A stretch of 64,000 bases of DNA from Eledone cirrhosa (taxonomy: Eukaryota), in the NCBI GenBank assembly GCA_964016885.1, contig OZ024758.1, positions 2,604,001-2,668,000 of the forward strand. Reading direction: 5' to 3'. The notes beneath the pieces were generated by a model. It made no database searches. It had not been told where the DNA came from and worked only from the letters and a program-made list of their open reading frames with translations. The translations under genes and the position numbers were made by a program. This document shows, piece after piece, positions 28,739-42,870 of this stretch (position 1 is the first letter of the stretch; every line of letters begins with the position of its first letter).

Positions 28739-28805
28739 TTATATATATATTTATATATTTATATATATATATATATTTATATATATATTTATATATATTT
28801 ATATT

Positions 28806-28836
<31 letters not shown>

Positions 28837-28868
28837 TTATATATATATATATATATATTTTATATATT

Positions 28869-28902
<34 letters not shown>

Positions 28903-29313
28903 AAAATAACAGATTAAATTTTAAGCAAAGATTCGCTGGTTTCACCCTTAACGGGATCTTCTGAAATATTTGCTCTAGGGTTCTTATATATTTGATATAT
29001 ATTTATCCTTTTAAAAAGTTCACTGTGCCTGCTGTAATTACCCTTGCCGTACGGTTTCAAGTCTCAAAATAAATGGATAATCCATGCGGAAATCCATTGA
29101 AAAGGAAGACTCTCGTCAGAGGGTTCTTTTGGCTCGGAGAATATAAAATTCCCGAGTTCAAATCATGAACTGGCGCTATTCAAAATTGTTCCTGAGATGA
29201 GAGTGTATGATGAAGAAGCAATTCTGTCTAGTGCCGTGTGTAAAGATAGAAGGCAGAGGCGGAAAGGTCAATCTACTGCCACTAGAAATATATATGTATA
29301 TATACAGATATAT

Positions 29314-29525
29314 ATGTTAAAGAGTTAAACAAGATTCAATGAGTACATCAAATAATGAGTTTTACAGTAGATTGGAAGCACTCTACAGTCAATCATTTTC
29401 CAGAGTTATTAATATTAAAATACAAATGTTTGATGAGGACGTACTGTTGTACCTCTGAAATATGTACAATAAAATTTAATTGATCAAAAAAACATCTATT
29501 TTATTAATATTTGTATTTTAATATC
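29314..29525. mobile_element. Penelope-derived non-coding fragment with inverted segment and degenerate hammerhead
   Basis: 29431-29500 matches 38801-38880 directly (TGATGAGGACGTACTG...GTACCTCTGAAATATGTA); 29314-29420 is the reverse complement of ~38900-39000. Confidence 0.6.
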
Positions 29526-30381
29526 ATATATATAAATATATATATATATACACACATATATATATATATGTATATATATGTATATACATATTATATATAT
29601 ATAATATAATGTATGTATATGTATACACATATTATATATATATATAGTCGACTGATTTTTATACGTGTATTACGTTTCCTATCTAATATGAATCTGCAGG
29701 GATGAAAACTAGACATATATTTGAGAGATGTACTTGGGATATATTGATTATACTGACAAGTACTCTACAGCAAAGCTATAAGCTTCCGACATGTTGAAGC
29801 TGTGACGTAGATCAATTTCGCTTGTTAAATATAATACGCTTCACTTCTGGCGCTAATAATGTTGGAAAAATGAACGGACATTAGATTTCCTGTTTCAAGC
29901 CATCTGACATCTCAGGACTTTATAGGGATATAGAGATATAGTCCTAATGAGTAGAAAAATCAACACAATTTATATTCCCGATTAATCACATTCACTTCAC
30001 TTACCCCCTTAATGATCGCTGTTTATTCTTCACTTTCTTAGATTCCACCTTCAACGCCATTGTCCCCTAGATTGAAACATTATCCACAACAATACTTTAC
30101 AAGTTTCCCTAATGTCAGAATATTTCAATATGGTATCAATAAATAAGAAACACTTTTAAAACTATTTTTATTTACAACTTACCTTTTATTTAGAACTTAC
30201 CTTTATCAACTTAACACTTTTTTTTAGATTAATAGAGTCTACTTAAGAAAGTACATTCAGATAGAATATATTATATTTTCTGGATGAAAGATGTGCTGCT
30301 CATTCGATTTCTGGTGCTTTTTATGGCAGGACAAAGAAACATTTCTAAATATTCAATGCTAAACAACAAACAATATATTTT

Positions 30382-30567
30382 GTGGATTGGCAGTATCAGT
30401 AGAGGGTCGGACGTCATGCTTTATAGCAAAGAGTTACGACCCTTTATGGTCTGAGTTAAAATTCCGCCGAGGTTAACTTTGCCTTTCATCCTTACGGGGT
30501 CGATAAAATAAAGTACCAGCAATACACTGGGATAATTGCTGGCCTTGTGCCAAAAGTAGAAACAATT
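30382..30567 (+). mobile_element. tRNA-derived SINE
   Basis: Full copy. Confidence 0.9.
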
Positions 30568-30880
30568 ATATTTTCAACCAATTGCTTTTGGAACCAATGG
30601 TGTTCAGCGGTTCTTTAACTGAAGCATGCTTTACAACTGAGATAACTGGGGAACGGTGAAATGTCACATATCTTCCTCAAAGAATCTCACTAGCTCCATT
30701 GTATAAGGCATTACTTCCAACATCCTGCCTTATGTATTTTCAAGCGAACTGTTTTCGTTCATTAGTATGTCATATATTTTATACAAACTGTCATTGTATG
30801 AACAACAATGGCATCCCACTTTACTATAGATCTTCACAAGCAGAGTTTGTCTATATATGTTGCTAAAGAAATGAACAACA

Positions 30881-31009
30881 CAATATATAACTAATCCATT
30901 ACCAAAGGTTTCAGGACCCTAGACAATATTAACATACGTCTTAACGATCCAGACGTATATTATATAGTCTAGGATCCAGAAACCTTTGGTAATGGAGTAG
31001 TTTATATTG
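30881..31009. repeat. Imperfect palindrome / hairpin (~60-bp arms)
   Basis: CAATAT..AACTA.TCCATTACCAAAGGTTTC.GGA.CCTAGAC...ATACGTCT and its reverse complement, ~9-nt loop. Confidence 0.85.
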
Positions 31010-32869
31010 CTAAAGAGAAAGATATTTACTTTACTCAGAATTGTTCTCTTAAACCATTACATAGTGGAACAGTAATAGTAGTAATTTAAACACACTCATA
31101 TACTATAGTACTATAATAACCATTTTTGGTTCGCTTGTTGATGTGATAGAGGTCAGCTGCTTTGCACATGCGAACATTTAAAAAAAAAAAAAAAAAAAAA
31201 AAAAATCAATGAGGAAGACAATATTTACCGACAACAGTTTCGAAAGCTACGACTCTAACAGCCACATTATATATTAACAGTTTATAATAGTTATTGCTGC
31301 AGCTGGTTGTGTTAGTAAATGTTTAAGCGGCAATCTTGAAAAGATTGAGTTTTCTTGGAAAATAAATTAAACAATATCAATAAAAGAAATGTAATTGAAA
31401 AGCTCAGTTGGTTGTCAATTTATCACAACAGAATACCGTCACGAAGCGATAGTACTGATACGTTTAAAGAACTGATTAGAGACTTATGAAATAAAACGAA
31501 AAATACACACAAAAAAAAAACGAAAAAATATTTTTCACTTATATAATTGAAACTGAAGTAAAATGATTATTTCTGAAAAGTGATTCATAACGAAGATTTC
31601 GAGTGAAAATTTTGGCGAGTGTTGGGAGTTCTCAATTAGGATTTTCTAAACATTTTTTTCCGTTTTTGTTTTTATTTTTGCACCCGCTAAATAAAAGATA
31701 ATTGAATTCGTGTAAAAAAGAAACTAACCGATAACTCGAATGGTGTTAAATGTAAGCAAATGAAGCAGAAAGTGTTGTTGTTGAAGTAAGTGCACGTGAA
31801 AATGATCAAAGCTCTAATGATTCCATGACTTCAGTTATATTCTCTTGCTCTTACGGAAGACATTTAGTTAATCAGGAGAGCGGAAAGCTGACATCTATAT
31901 CGTATTTCTCCCATCTCTTTCTAGTTTCTTCTCTTTCTCTCATTCTGTCATCCGCTCTCTCTATCTCACTCTGTCTCTCTTTCTCTCTCTCTATCTGTCT
32001 CTCTCTTATACATACACTGAAACACAAATACACCCCCTCACACACTAAAACATATTCAAACACAAACCTGTATATATATATATATATATATATATACAAG
32101 TTGATGTATTCACCAATTTACACATCACATTATGCAGTTGCATAATAGACGCGCATAGATAAAAGATGCAACGAAGAAGAAGAAAAAGAAGAAGAAGACG
32201 AAGAAGCAAGAATAAACGAAAGAAAAAAACGAAGGAGAGAAAAATGACATGTAGAAGAGAAAGTAATTTTGACGATTTCTACTGTGAAATATATTAGCGA
32301 TAGCAATGAAATGAGAAGTGGTATAAGATAACAATAAATTGTTAAATACTCCGTCTGGAGTGGAGCGAATGGTAATAAATATAATATAATTATAACAGAT
32401 ATAAAGTCCGATGAGATATATAATGTAACATTTAGATCTGTCTATATATAGATCATTCAGACTCTATATAATACATTATATATAACTACCGTGAAGAAAA
32501 AGACAAAAAAAAAACGCTAACAGATAATAATAATGAAATAAACAAACATAGACTTGAGATGTTTTCAGTTTCTCTCAAAGTCATAAAATACATGCTAAGT
32601 TATCAGCGTTAAAATTATTGGGTGTATCTTATCTATTTATTACTAACACTCTGTGATTGTTTGCTTGCTTGCTTGCTTGCTTGCTTACTTGCCTGTAATG
32701 TAATATAGCCAAATAGGCGCATAATGGGAAAATACTTTGAAAGGAAGTTGATCCTGAAATGGGGATACAAATAGAATAAAACGGGTTTCGCGTAAATCGG
32801 AACATGGGTTCCCGAGATATGGTTTTTTTTCGGGTATCTTCATAAACACAGAAAGAGAGAGAGAAAGAG

Positions 32870-32900
<31 letters not shown>

Positions 32901-32983
32901 GAGAAAGAGATAGATAGATAGTGGTTGTGAGAGAGTAGATTGAAAGAGAGATATTGAGAAAAGGAGAGGGGACAGAGAAGGAG

Positions 32984-33023
<40 letters not shown>

Positions 33024-33150
33024 GGTGGAACAACATGAAATATGACAAAATCTGTTTCAACACACGGTTTCATATCAAATCAACTCAAACCAAACCAAAC
33101 CAAATAGTGAGTGTGGTTTACTACATTTTTCTGGCAATATTAGAACAACA

Positions 33151-33295
33151 TGGCGGTGAAAGCGGTGAATTGACAGTATCGGTAGAGGGTTGGACATCAT
33201 GCTTTGCACCACAGAGTTACGGCCCTTTACGTTCTGATTTCAAATAAAGTACCAGTAATGCACTGGGATAATTGCTGTGCCAAAGTAGAAACAAT
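33151..33295 (+). mobile_element. tRNA-derived SINE with internal deletion
   Basis: Head joined directly to tail; flanked by direct repeat CAATATTAGAACAACATG. Confidence 0.8.
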
Positions 33296-33373
33296 ATTAG
33301 AACAACATGACCAAATATAACAATCTATTTTAATACAAATAAAAAAGAAAATTTTCGCTCTACATGGCTGAAT

Positions 33374-33857
33374 ACAATAAATGTAATCTTAGTTTTTCGA
33401 ATATTAATAATTGTTTCTACTTTTGGCACAAGGCCAGCAATTATCCCAGTGTATTACTGGTACTTTATTTTATCGACCCCGTAAGGATGAAAGGCAAAGT
33501 TAACCTCGGCGGGATTTGAACTCGGACTGAAAGGGCCGTAACTCTTTGACTCAAAGCATGGCGTCCGACCTTCTACCGGTATTAATAATAACAATCGATT
33601 CGTTTGCAATTTGCAAACAAGCCTGATTTTTATAGCCATATCAGTAGAATGAACCCTTGCCAACACAAGAGCAAGAATGAAGGGTTCATTCTACTGACAT
33701 GGCTATAAAAATGAGGCCCGTTTGCAAATTGCAAACGAATCGAATGTTATTATTAATATTCGATAAAGTAGCAGTAATGCACTGGGGTAATTACTGGCCT
33801 TGTGCCTAAAGTAGAAACAATTATTAATATTCGAAAAACTCAGATTACATTTATTGT
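33374..33857. repeat. Foldback structure containing SINE sequence in both arms
   Basis: Inner arms 33581-33658 / 33680-33757; outer arms 33374-33468 / 33763-33857; near-full SINE (-) at 33408-33578 in the left arm. Confidence 0.85.
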
Positions 33858-34359
33858 TTCAACACACGGTTTCATATAAAACATTTTGCAAAACAAAATC
33901 AGAGAATTTTATGGAAGCAGAGAATAGAGAAAATTCTCGAGGAGGTTATACGTTATACGTTATGAATGTGTTAGAATATTCCAGTTGACCAAAATAGAAA
34001 TTAATGACTTATTGGAAATGTTTAAAATAATAAGAAATAACTAAGAACATTGTTAAGTATAATTTCACAATATATTATTTATTTGAGGCAAACCATCTGC
34101 AAAAAGAGTTTTCTTCCTTCATAATTAATTGTTTCAAAGTATGTGTGTGAGTGTGTGTGTGTTTGTATGAGGGAGAGAGTGTGTGTGTGAGTATGAGGGA
34201 AAGTGTGTGTGCCAGTGAGTGTGTGTATTTGTGCGTGTGTGTGTGCGTGCGTGCGTGTATGTGTGTGTGTGTGAAAGAGAGTGTGTGTTTGTTTGCCATT
34301 ACCTCCCCTTCCCGTATTTTTTCTCTTTCTCTTTTTACTTTACATTTTATTCGTTTCAA

Positions 34360-34620
34360 GGCGGCGAATTGGCAGAGTGGTTCAGACGTCAGATAGAATG
34401 CTTTACGGCATTCGTCCAACCTCATTGCGCGCTCTGAGTTCAAATCCCGCCGGGGTCAACTTTGCCTTTCATCCTTTCGAGGTCGATAAAAAAGTACCAG
34501 TACTGGGGTCAATTCTTCCTCTATGAAAAAAATCGGCTGTGTTCAGACTTGGAGAGGGTTGGGTTCCGCTAGGTTTAAAAGTGCCCTAGACACACCGTAT
34601 GACAGTACCTCTACGACTCC
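34360..34620 (+). mobile_element. SINE variant B with extended 3' segment
   Basis: GGCGGCGAATTGGCAGAG head, B box, core, and 3' segment shared with 6070-6160. Confidence 0.85.
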
Positions 34621-35403
34621 ACAAGCAGTTATGGCATCTTTATTTTTTATCCTTCTCAATCTAAAGTTCTTTTTTCTCTTTCTAATAAACTGTATTTATA
34701 TGATATATGTTGATATAATAAATGTTTTAGGTTTTAATACTTAATCATCAGACCTAAATATGGTCGACTGTGATCATCTCTAGGAAGAACTCATACGTAT
34801 AGTTAATATTTCATCATCAGAAAGAGATATGGTCGACTGGATTTTACAAAAGGTACTGGTTTAGTAATATTAATGACGTTTAAATGCTATTTGACATGGA
34901 TAAGAAAATATTCACATTAACATCTTGCCTGAATATGAAAGAGATACTAAGATTAAAAAAAAACGCCAAACATTTAAAATGAGTTAATTTTAAATGAGAG
35001 CAAAAGTTCTTTAATAAAATTTTTAAAATCCATAGGGAAATAATATCTGTAAGATAGGTGACTGTTTTGAACGAATATTCTAATTCACCTAGATTAATAA
35101 TTGATGAGTTGAAAGCAGAAAAATGTCTGGGGAACGTTTGTAATTTGATTGGTTATTGATATGACTAGATATTTTATTTAACTGTCAACTATATACAAGC
35201 ATTGTAAGAGATAGTCAATGAGGAAGGTAATGTTTCTTTGCCTTAAGTTGTCTTCTGCAACATTCCATTTGAAAATAAAATACCAAACTAACTTGATAAG
35301 AGAATATGATAAAATATTATTGACTGTTGACTGAAATAGAAGTTAAGATGCAACATTAAGAAATATAATATTTAAAAATGAAAAGAAATGCTCACACACA
35401 CAT

Positions 35404-35457
<54 letters not shown>

Positions 35458-35533
35458 TTGGAGGCGGTAAAAACCAGTTAGACCATTACTTTCTAGAGTA
35501 CTCGATACTTGGTATAGTAGAGTGGGTAATATG

Positions 35534-35591
<58 letters not shown>

Positions 35592-36264
35592 TTTTTGTTT
35601 TATGTAGGTTTTAACTACAATTATAGGTAGTTCGCCATTTCTACGTTGTTACGCTATTCCGTTTTCGAAGCAACTTTTAAATCATTTATTTTAGTATTCG
35701 GCAGTGTTGTAAATTTGATGAAAATAGAATTTTGATATTTTCATGACAATATACCTTATTTGCCGGCCATCTAGGAACATAACCCTCACGAATACCGTGG
35801 GACAACTGTATATAGGAACTATGTCAGAAAAAAGTGATGATCTGTTGATAAACAACTGCATTAAGAGTTGAACTTTATGGCTTATTTAGCAGAACTCTGA
35901 CACCTTTTCAATCTCATGAAACGAGTTGAGACGAAAAGTTTTAGTCTTTCTTATAGTTTGTTTTATATTAAGCTGATGTTTCGCTGGATTCTTAGTAAAG
36001 TATTTATTTGCTTATTTTTAGTAATTTTCTTTATTGAAATATATTATTGTAAGACATAAAAATGTCATATGATGAATTGGTAAACATTCTAAGTTGAAGA
36101 AACTCTCATCTATTTATAGAAGATATCATTAGTTATTTGATGAACTTTAGCTACCAGTGGTTTTATGTTCAGTTTATTTTACTTCATATTCATTAAAGCT
36201 TCCTTAAATGCAGTGACATATATGTCGACCAATTTATCATATTCTTTCATAGTGTCAATCTCAT

Positions 36265-36577
36265 TTAACCCTTTAGAATTTACATTACTCTCTATATACT
36301 ATCATATTTACTATCATATTTTCACGGTAAAAGTTTTACCTCACATGATTATCTCACATAATATAGAATCTATGAAGTTTGAGAACAATACCTTAACATA
36401 AGTATAAACGGCCAGTTACAGCCGGTTTGAACAGAACGAGGTGAGAGAATTCTGGCCAGATATGGCCGGTTTGAACATAAAGAAGTGAGAGAATTCTGGC
36501 CAGATATGGCCGGTTTGAACAGAACGAGGTGAGAGAATTCTGGCCGGATTCGGCCGGTTTAAATGTTAAATGGTTAA
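36265..36577 (+). mobile_element. piggyBac-type MITE with internal ~44-bp tandem repeat x3
   Basis: TTAA-CCCTTTAG...TTAAATGG-TTAA; internal GGCCGGTTTGAACAGAACGAGGTGAGAGAATTCTGGCCAGATAT repeats at 36420-36560. Confidence 0.75.
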
Positions 36578-37305
36578 GACTTGCTCGATATCTGCTTTAA
36601 AAATGTGTTGTGTTTAGATTATTTATACAATAACTTTACAAAATTATAATTATTTAGATGGTTGAATCTCATTGCTTGCTGCAATAGAAGATACCAAAAC
36701 GATATTGAAGTTTTGCTATTATTAAACCAAGTTTACGTTCATTTTTAAACTCATTGAATAAAATAGGAAACGGAACAGAGAAAAATTTGTTTTCATTGAT
36801 CGTTGTTTTGTTTATTACTATCAAGAATATCTTGAGAGAATATCGCGAAAGTTAGGAGAAGAATGGAATAGATTATGATTAATTGGATATTGTCGTTGTT
36901 AAAACCACCACATATGTATTTTTAAAATATATTTTGTTTGTAGATTTGGTTCTTCAGTGTTGTTCAAAGCATCTAGAAATAAAAGCTATTCATCTTGTGG
37001 AGGAAGGGAAACTACTTCAATAAAGATGAATGCTGATGATGATGATAACTAGAAAAAAAACAACAACAATACTATTACTACTACTACTACTACTAATGAT
37101 GATGATGATGATGGTGATGATTAATTATTACTATCAATTTCGATGAATAAGGATATGTATGGTTAATAGTGAGAGGAAAAAAATGTTGCCTTATTTTATA
37201 TTTGTAATGCTTCTATACATAAAACTTATAACATTTAGTTGCTTAGAGAGACGGCCATATTGTTTTTACACACAACTTGGTGGGGAAGACAGCGTTGGAT
37301 ATGTT

Positions 37306-37768
37306 ATGGTGGTGTATCCTAAATATATCATGTAGTATAGTGGTGTATGTATCCTAAATATATCATATAGTATGGTGGTATATTCTGAGTATATAATATA
37401 GTATCGTGGTGTATTCTGGGTATATCATATAATATGGTGGTGTATTCTGGGTATATTATATAGTATCGTGGTGTATTCTGGGTATATCATATAATATCGT
37501 GGTGTATTCTGGGTATATAATATAGTATGGTGGTGTATTCTGGGTATATAATATAGTATGGTGGTGTATTCTGGGTATATCATATAATATCGTGGTGTAT
37601 TCTGGGTATATCATATAGCAAAGTGGTGTATTCTGGTTATATAATATAGTATCGTGGTGTATTTTGGGTATATCATATAGTATGGTGGTGTATTCTGGGT
37701 ATATAATATAGTATGGTGGTGTATTCTGGGTATATCATATAGTATGATGGTATATTCTCAGTATATCG
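37306..37768. repeat. 31-bp minisatellite, ~15 copies
   Basis: GTGGTGTATTCTGGGTATAT(C/A)ATATA(G/A)TAT(G/C). Confidence 0.92.
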
Positions 37769-38701
37769 TGTGTTATGCAGTAAAACGTCTATGATTTAAA
37801 ATATTAGTTCGAATTATAGTAAACGTACAAAAGCATGTTAAGAGATGTGTTTGTAAATATGTGAAATGAATTACAAAATATACCATTGTTTTATACAATA
37901 TAATGGAGAAAGAAAGAAGCTCAGATAACATGATATTTTATAATCTGCCAAAACCATGTTTTTGGCAAGTTAAGAGGTTGTGATAAAAACCATTAAAACC
38001 TTACTATTTTCCAGCATAAAACTTTAGCTTCGCTCATACCTGCTACACACGTTTTTCTTTTACTCCTGTCCATTCAAAATTGAAAGTTCGCCAGTCAAAA
38101 GAAAATACTGTTAGCAAAAATATTCTCGCCTTCATGATAATTTTCACTTTGTCTCAGAACCAAAACTGTCTTTAAATTTGTTCTACCATAGTGTGATCCG
38201 ACTGATTTTCCGCTTGGATTCCTACACCCGTTTTTAATGTTTGTCTTTTTCATTGATGTTCAACGATGCATCTGAATTGAAATTCCATTTTTTGGTACGG
38301 GTATTGAGCAAGCCAACAGCATTTTAAAGTCATTTCTGGAATGCGTTAAATGAGGACAAGAAATATAATGCTGACACATGTTTCAATCTAAACATGTATT
38401 CTTAAAAAACAATGATTTTATAAAGAATATTCTGGAGATTCGCCATATTCTCCACATTTTTCTTCGATTCTCCTCAAAATTTGCTATGCTAAATTTTTGT
38501 AAACTATATGATTGTTCCCAAGAACTTTGTGTATTCAATCTTTATTAAATCCATATATTTAGTAAAACCATATGTTTTGAACATAAATATACTTCGATAA
38601 ATAGAACTTTTGAATTTTTATATCTAGTGCAGTAATACATTCTTAAGGATTGCCATGACAACACTCTCCTTTCTCTGCACAAACACTCATATATGTATGT
38701 A

Positions 38702-38738
<37 letters not shown>

Positions 38739-38792
38739 GTATAATATATATCTTAAACATCTACTATGTCAGGGTATGTCATGCGTCATGCT

Positions 38793-38857
38793 ATTTTATC
38801 TGATGAGGACGTACTGTTGAAGATAGCTCAGTACCTCTGAAATATGTATAATAAAAT
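38793..38857 (+). ncRNA. Type I hammerhead ribozyme motif
   Basis: ATTTTAT-CTGATGA-GGAC-GTACTG..CAGTAC-CTCT-GAAA-TATG-TA..ATAAAAT; followed by ~140 bp of repeat body and (TA)n. Confidence 0.65.
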
Positions 38858-38996
38858 ATACCTGATCACACGAATATCTATTTTTGTTAATATTTTGAAT
38901 TAATATTAATAACTCTGGAAAACCATATTTGTTGAGTTCTTCCAATCTATTGTAAAACTCATTCTTTGATTTATTCATTGAACCTTGTTTAACCTT

Positions 38997-39033
<37 letters not shown>

Positions 39034-39069
39034 ACACGCGCACACACACATACAAACACACATATATGG

Positions 39070-39119
<50 letters not shown>

Positions 39120-39485
39120 GTATGTTTGCTTCGAAGTATAAAATCCGTATATTGTAAAAACAACTGACTACCAGTTTATAGGTTAGTACAATATGATATA
39201 TTTATTTATAATAGCCGAAATATGTGGATTACTATCTTCACATCCGTTAGTCTTCTTGAATATTTAATTTCATCAACTTTAAGCTTCTTCTTCCTTGCTA
39301 CTTCAACAAGATCGATTACTCATTTCGTGTTTTTACTTGTCACCTTTATTTTTCTGTATTTCAGCACTTAGTTTGCTTCCATATCGTGTTGCAGTTGTAT
39401 AAAGACATGTTTTTATACTAAAAGTGGTGCAAATTATCTCATTGTCTATATCTTAAATTCCTCTGTCATGGCCGGGTCTTTCAAG

Positions 39486-39544
<59 letters not shown>

Positions 39545-41420
39545 TTTGCATATTTATGGTTTTTATTCAAAGTTCCTGATCATTGTCTATAGAAAGATTC
39601 GTGTTTTGATCTTCCGGAGTGATATTAAAATTCACATTATACAGTGTGAGCTTAAAGTTTTCCCCTGATTACAAAATACCATATCTTGGATACTATTTGA
39701 GATTTTACTTTTCCATTGTTTTAATTTATTAATTTTAAGTTTAAATATTTTTTTAAGATGTTTTATATTTTCTCTTCTACAGGAAGAAGTTGTAATTTTC
39801 CGTAACAGAATGGCTTCTATGAAATCAAAAGCTCAGTATGTTTTGTAGTTTCAAATGCTTTATGCTCCCCCTGTAAATCCTTCAATCCTTCAAGTTGAAT
39901 GTCATTTTATTATTCCTGAAAGGTTGTGCTGATATATTTCACCTGCAATTGTTAGTTTATATTATTTTCCAAATTCTAATAATCATATTCTTCCATTATC
40001 TTTTTACCAACTTATATTGAATATTTGTTCCTTCCTACGTAACAAGCCTCTGATCCAAGTACCTTCAATTATATCTATATCATTTTTATTTTGTCCTCCA
40101 ATAAACCTTTCTATAAAATGATCCAATGTCATGATTCCTTTGTCATTATAATTCTTAGATGGAACCTAAATTGGAATGATTAACGTATTATATAACTTAC
40201 CTGACAGTCCTATTCTACATATTCTGCAGAAATCAGTATGGAGGATATAATTGGCGTTTAGATATTTTTATGCACAAAGAAACCTACACATATGTTATGC
40301 TTGAATTCCCTCCCACTAAACCATATTTCCTGCACATTATCTATAATAAACCATTCATATTTCGTTCATTTTGAGCAATCACCATAATGCTCCACAAGAT
40401 ACCTCTCCTCTCATAATTTAGTTATTGTATTTCTCCAGATTCAAACTATTCATATATGCCAAGTTCAAAATATAAAGGAATATTTAAATATTTTAAACTC
40501 ATGGTTTTCTCCTTTGCATATTTATCGACACATTTATTTGAAAAAAAAAAGAAAGAATGCGTCCGTTTTTATACCGTGTCCTGGTCAATCCTGTTTAGCA
40601 TTTGATTTTGGCTACGTTATAATTAGAAAGAAAATCTGGCGTTGTCAATCTCGTCTCCAGAAATATTTTAGGAGCGTCTTCGGTAATGTTTGAATGTGAT
40701 GGTGGGCTTTTGATTCTGGCAGAGACAGCTATTGGCTGGTGTTTTGTACGGCAGAGTGAACTTACTGGATGTGATGGGATGCTAGTCTTTCTTGGTTTTG
40801 AATGAGAGGACATAGATACATACATTATGTGAATATTTCATGTCTATGTGTATGAAAGGCAACTCTGTGCAAAGAGATTTGTGTGTCTTTATAAACGAAA
40901 GAAACAACAGCCACAACAAAAAATCAAAACAAAGATTACCAGGTAACTTACTTTTTTGTTACCTCCATCTTACAGTCTAATTTGCATTGTTTAGCTTTCT
41001 ATCTCTTTCTATGTTATAAATCATTATATTGATGTACAATAATTGTTTCTGCTTTTGGCACAAGGCCATTAATAATCTCAGTGCATTACTGGTACTGATT
41101 TCTAGTTTAGGTATAAGGCCAGTTATTTTTTGGGGTGGGGTGGGTGGGGGAAGTCAATTAAATCGACCCCAGTACATTACTTGTGCTTTATTTTATCGAC
41201 CCCGTAAGGATGAAAGGCAATATTTGTTTATGGTGACAGAGAGGAAATCCCAGGAAACCAACAACACGAAAATTAAGTCACATTAGGGCCACAATACTTA
41301 ATGTAGTTTGACAGAAATGTGCACAATTGTGGCTCGTATTTGCCAAGGTCAAATTGAATTAATATTTGTAAATGAATTAATGTTTTATTCTCGTTAACAT
41401 CTAAGAATTATTAACAAAAG

Positions 41421-41612
41421 GGCGGTGGATTGGCAATATCGGTAGAAGGTCGGATGCCATGCGTTACATTACATCATAGAGTTACGGTCCTTTATGATCT
41501 GAGTTCAAATCCAGCCGAGGTTAACTTTTCCTTTCATCCTTACGGGGTCGATAAAATAAAGTACCAATAATATAGTGGGATAATTGCTGGCCTTGTGCCA
41601 AAAGTAGAAACA
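41421..41612 (+). mobile_element. tRNA-derived SINE
   Basis: Full copy, TTATTAACAAA direct flanks; further fragments at 41040-41220 (-). Confidence 0.9.
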
Positions 41613-42118
41613 TTTATTAACAAACTGGTCTTTCTGTCAGTACTACAGTAACTTAACAGAGATCCTAGTTACATTGGTATCGCCTAACTTGACTTCAAAG
41701 AGTTGTAGAATCTAAATGAATCTTAACACAAAGGTGAATGAAAATATATTCAGAATTTATAGAATTTATAGATATAACTGAAAGTTCCAGTTAGTGAGAA
41801 AACCATTTGCAGACATGAAGTCATTTCTTAAATTATACAAAGGAAAGATGACAGCTTCTTAACCAAAATGTCATCTCAGACTATGAAGGTTTTCCCTGTC
41901 TTCACAGATATCTATTATAGTTGTCAGACAAGAAATGAAAGTTCCAGAAACGTTTACATAAAACTGACAAGAACATTTAGAGTTGTCACACATTTGCAAA
42001 CATCCTTGAAATGTTCTCTTTTAAGATTATGGTAGAAGAGGAAAGTCTGCGATTCGATTGCCATTTAAAACAAGAGAATGGATTTAGATGATTTTTCATA
42101 TATATACACACACACATA

Positions 42119-42161
<43 letters not shown>

Positions 42162-42332
42162 TATACATATATTTGTAATCTCGTATATTGTTAATATACA
42201 TGCATAAATTCATACATATATATATATATATATATATACATATACATACATATATATATGTATATACATATGTATATATATATTTATGTATATATATGCA
42301 TATATATATGTATATAATATGCATATATACAT

Positions 42333-42364
<32 letters not shown>

Positions 42365-42522
42365 ACATATATCAGATGGAGCATCTGCTCCTAGTTAAAA
42401 TTAATTAAAAATATTTTACATTTAAACATTGTGCCTGCGAGTTAAACATATTTTCTCGTAATTTATGTAAATATTTCTAAATTTAATAATAATAAAAAAA
42501 TACTAATATTACAACTATCAAT

Positions 42523-42870
42523 AATTGTTTCTACTTTTGGCACAAGGCCAGCAATTACCCCAGTATATTACTGGTACTTTATTTTATCGACCCCGTAAGG
42601 ATGAAAGGCAAAGTTAACCTCGGCGGGGCCGTAACTCTATACGTCAAAGCATGGCGTCCGATCCTCTCCCGATACTGCTAATCCATCACCCTATTACTAC
42701 TAATAATAATGATTTCTTATATAGGCACAAGGCCAGCACTTTTGGGGGAGGGGAAAGTCGATTAAATCGACCCCAGTGCGTGACTGGTACTTTATTTTAT
42801 CAACCCCGTAAGGATGAAAGACAAAGTTAACCTCGGCTGGATTTGAACTCAGACCATAAAGGGACGTAAC
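42523..42870 (-). mobile_element. Two adjacent SINE copies (standard with internal deletion; long-tail, truncated)
   Basis: Cores at ~42570-42625 and ~42785-42850. Confidence 0.85.

Noticed and set aside
37306-37768. 31-bp repeat array resembling CRISPR
   Set aside because: Head-to-tail units with no unique spacers, no cas genes, eukaryotic context; the same applies to the arrays at 36420, 52600, 59933 and 62652
40595-40825. Ser/Pro-rich 76-aa ORF on the minus strand
   Set aside because: No recognisable domain and no convincing splice signals; cannot support it as an exon
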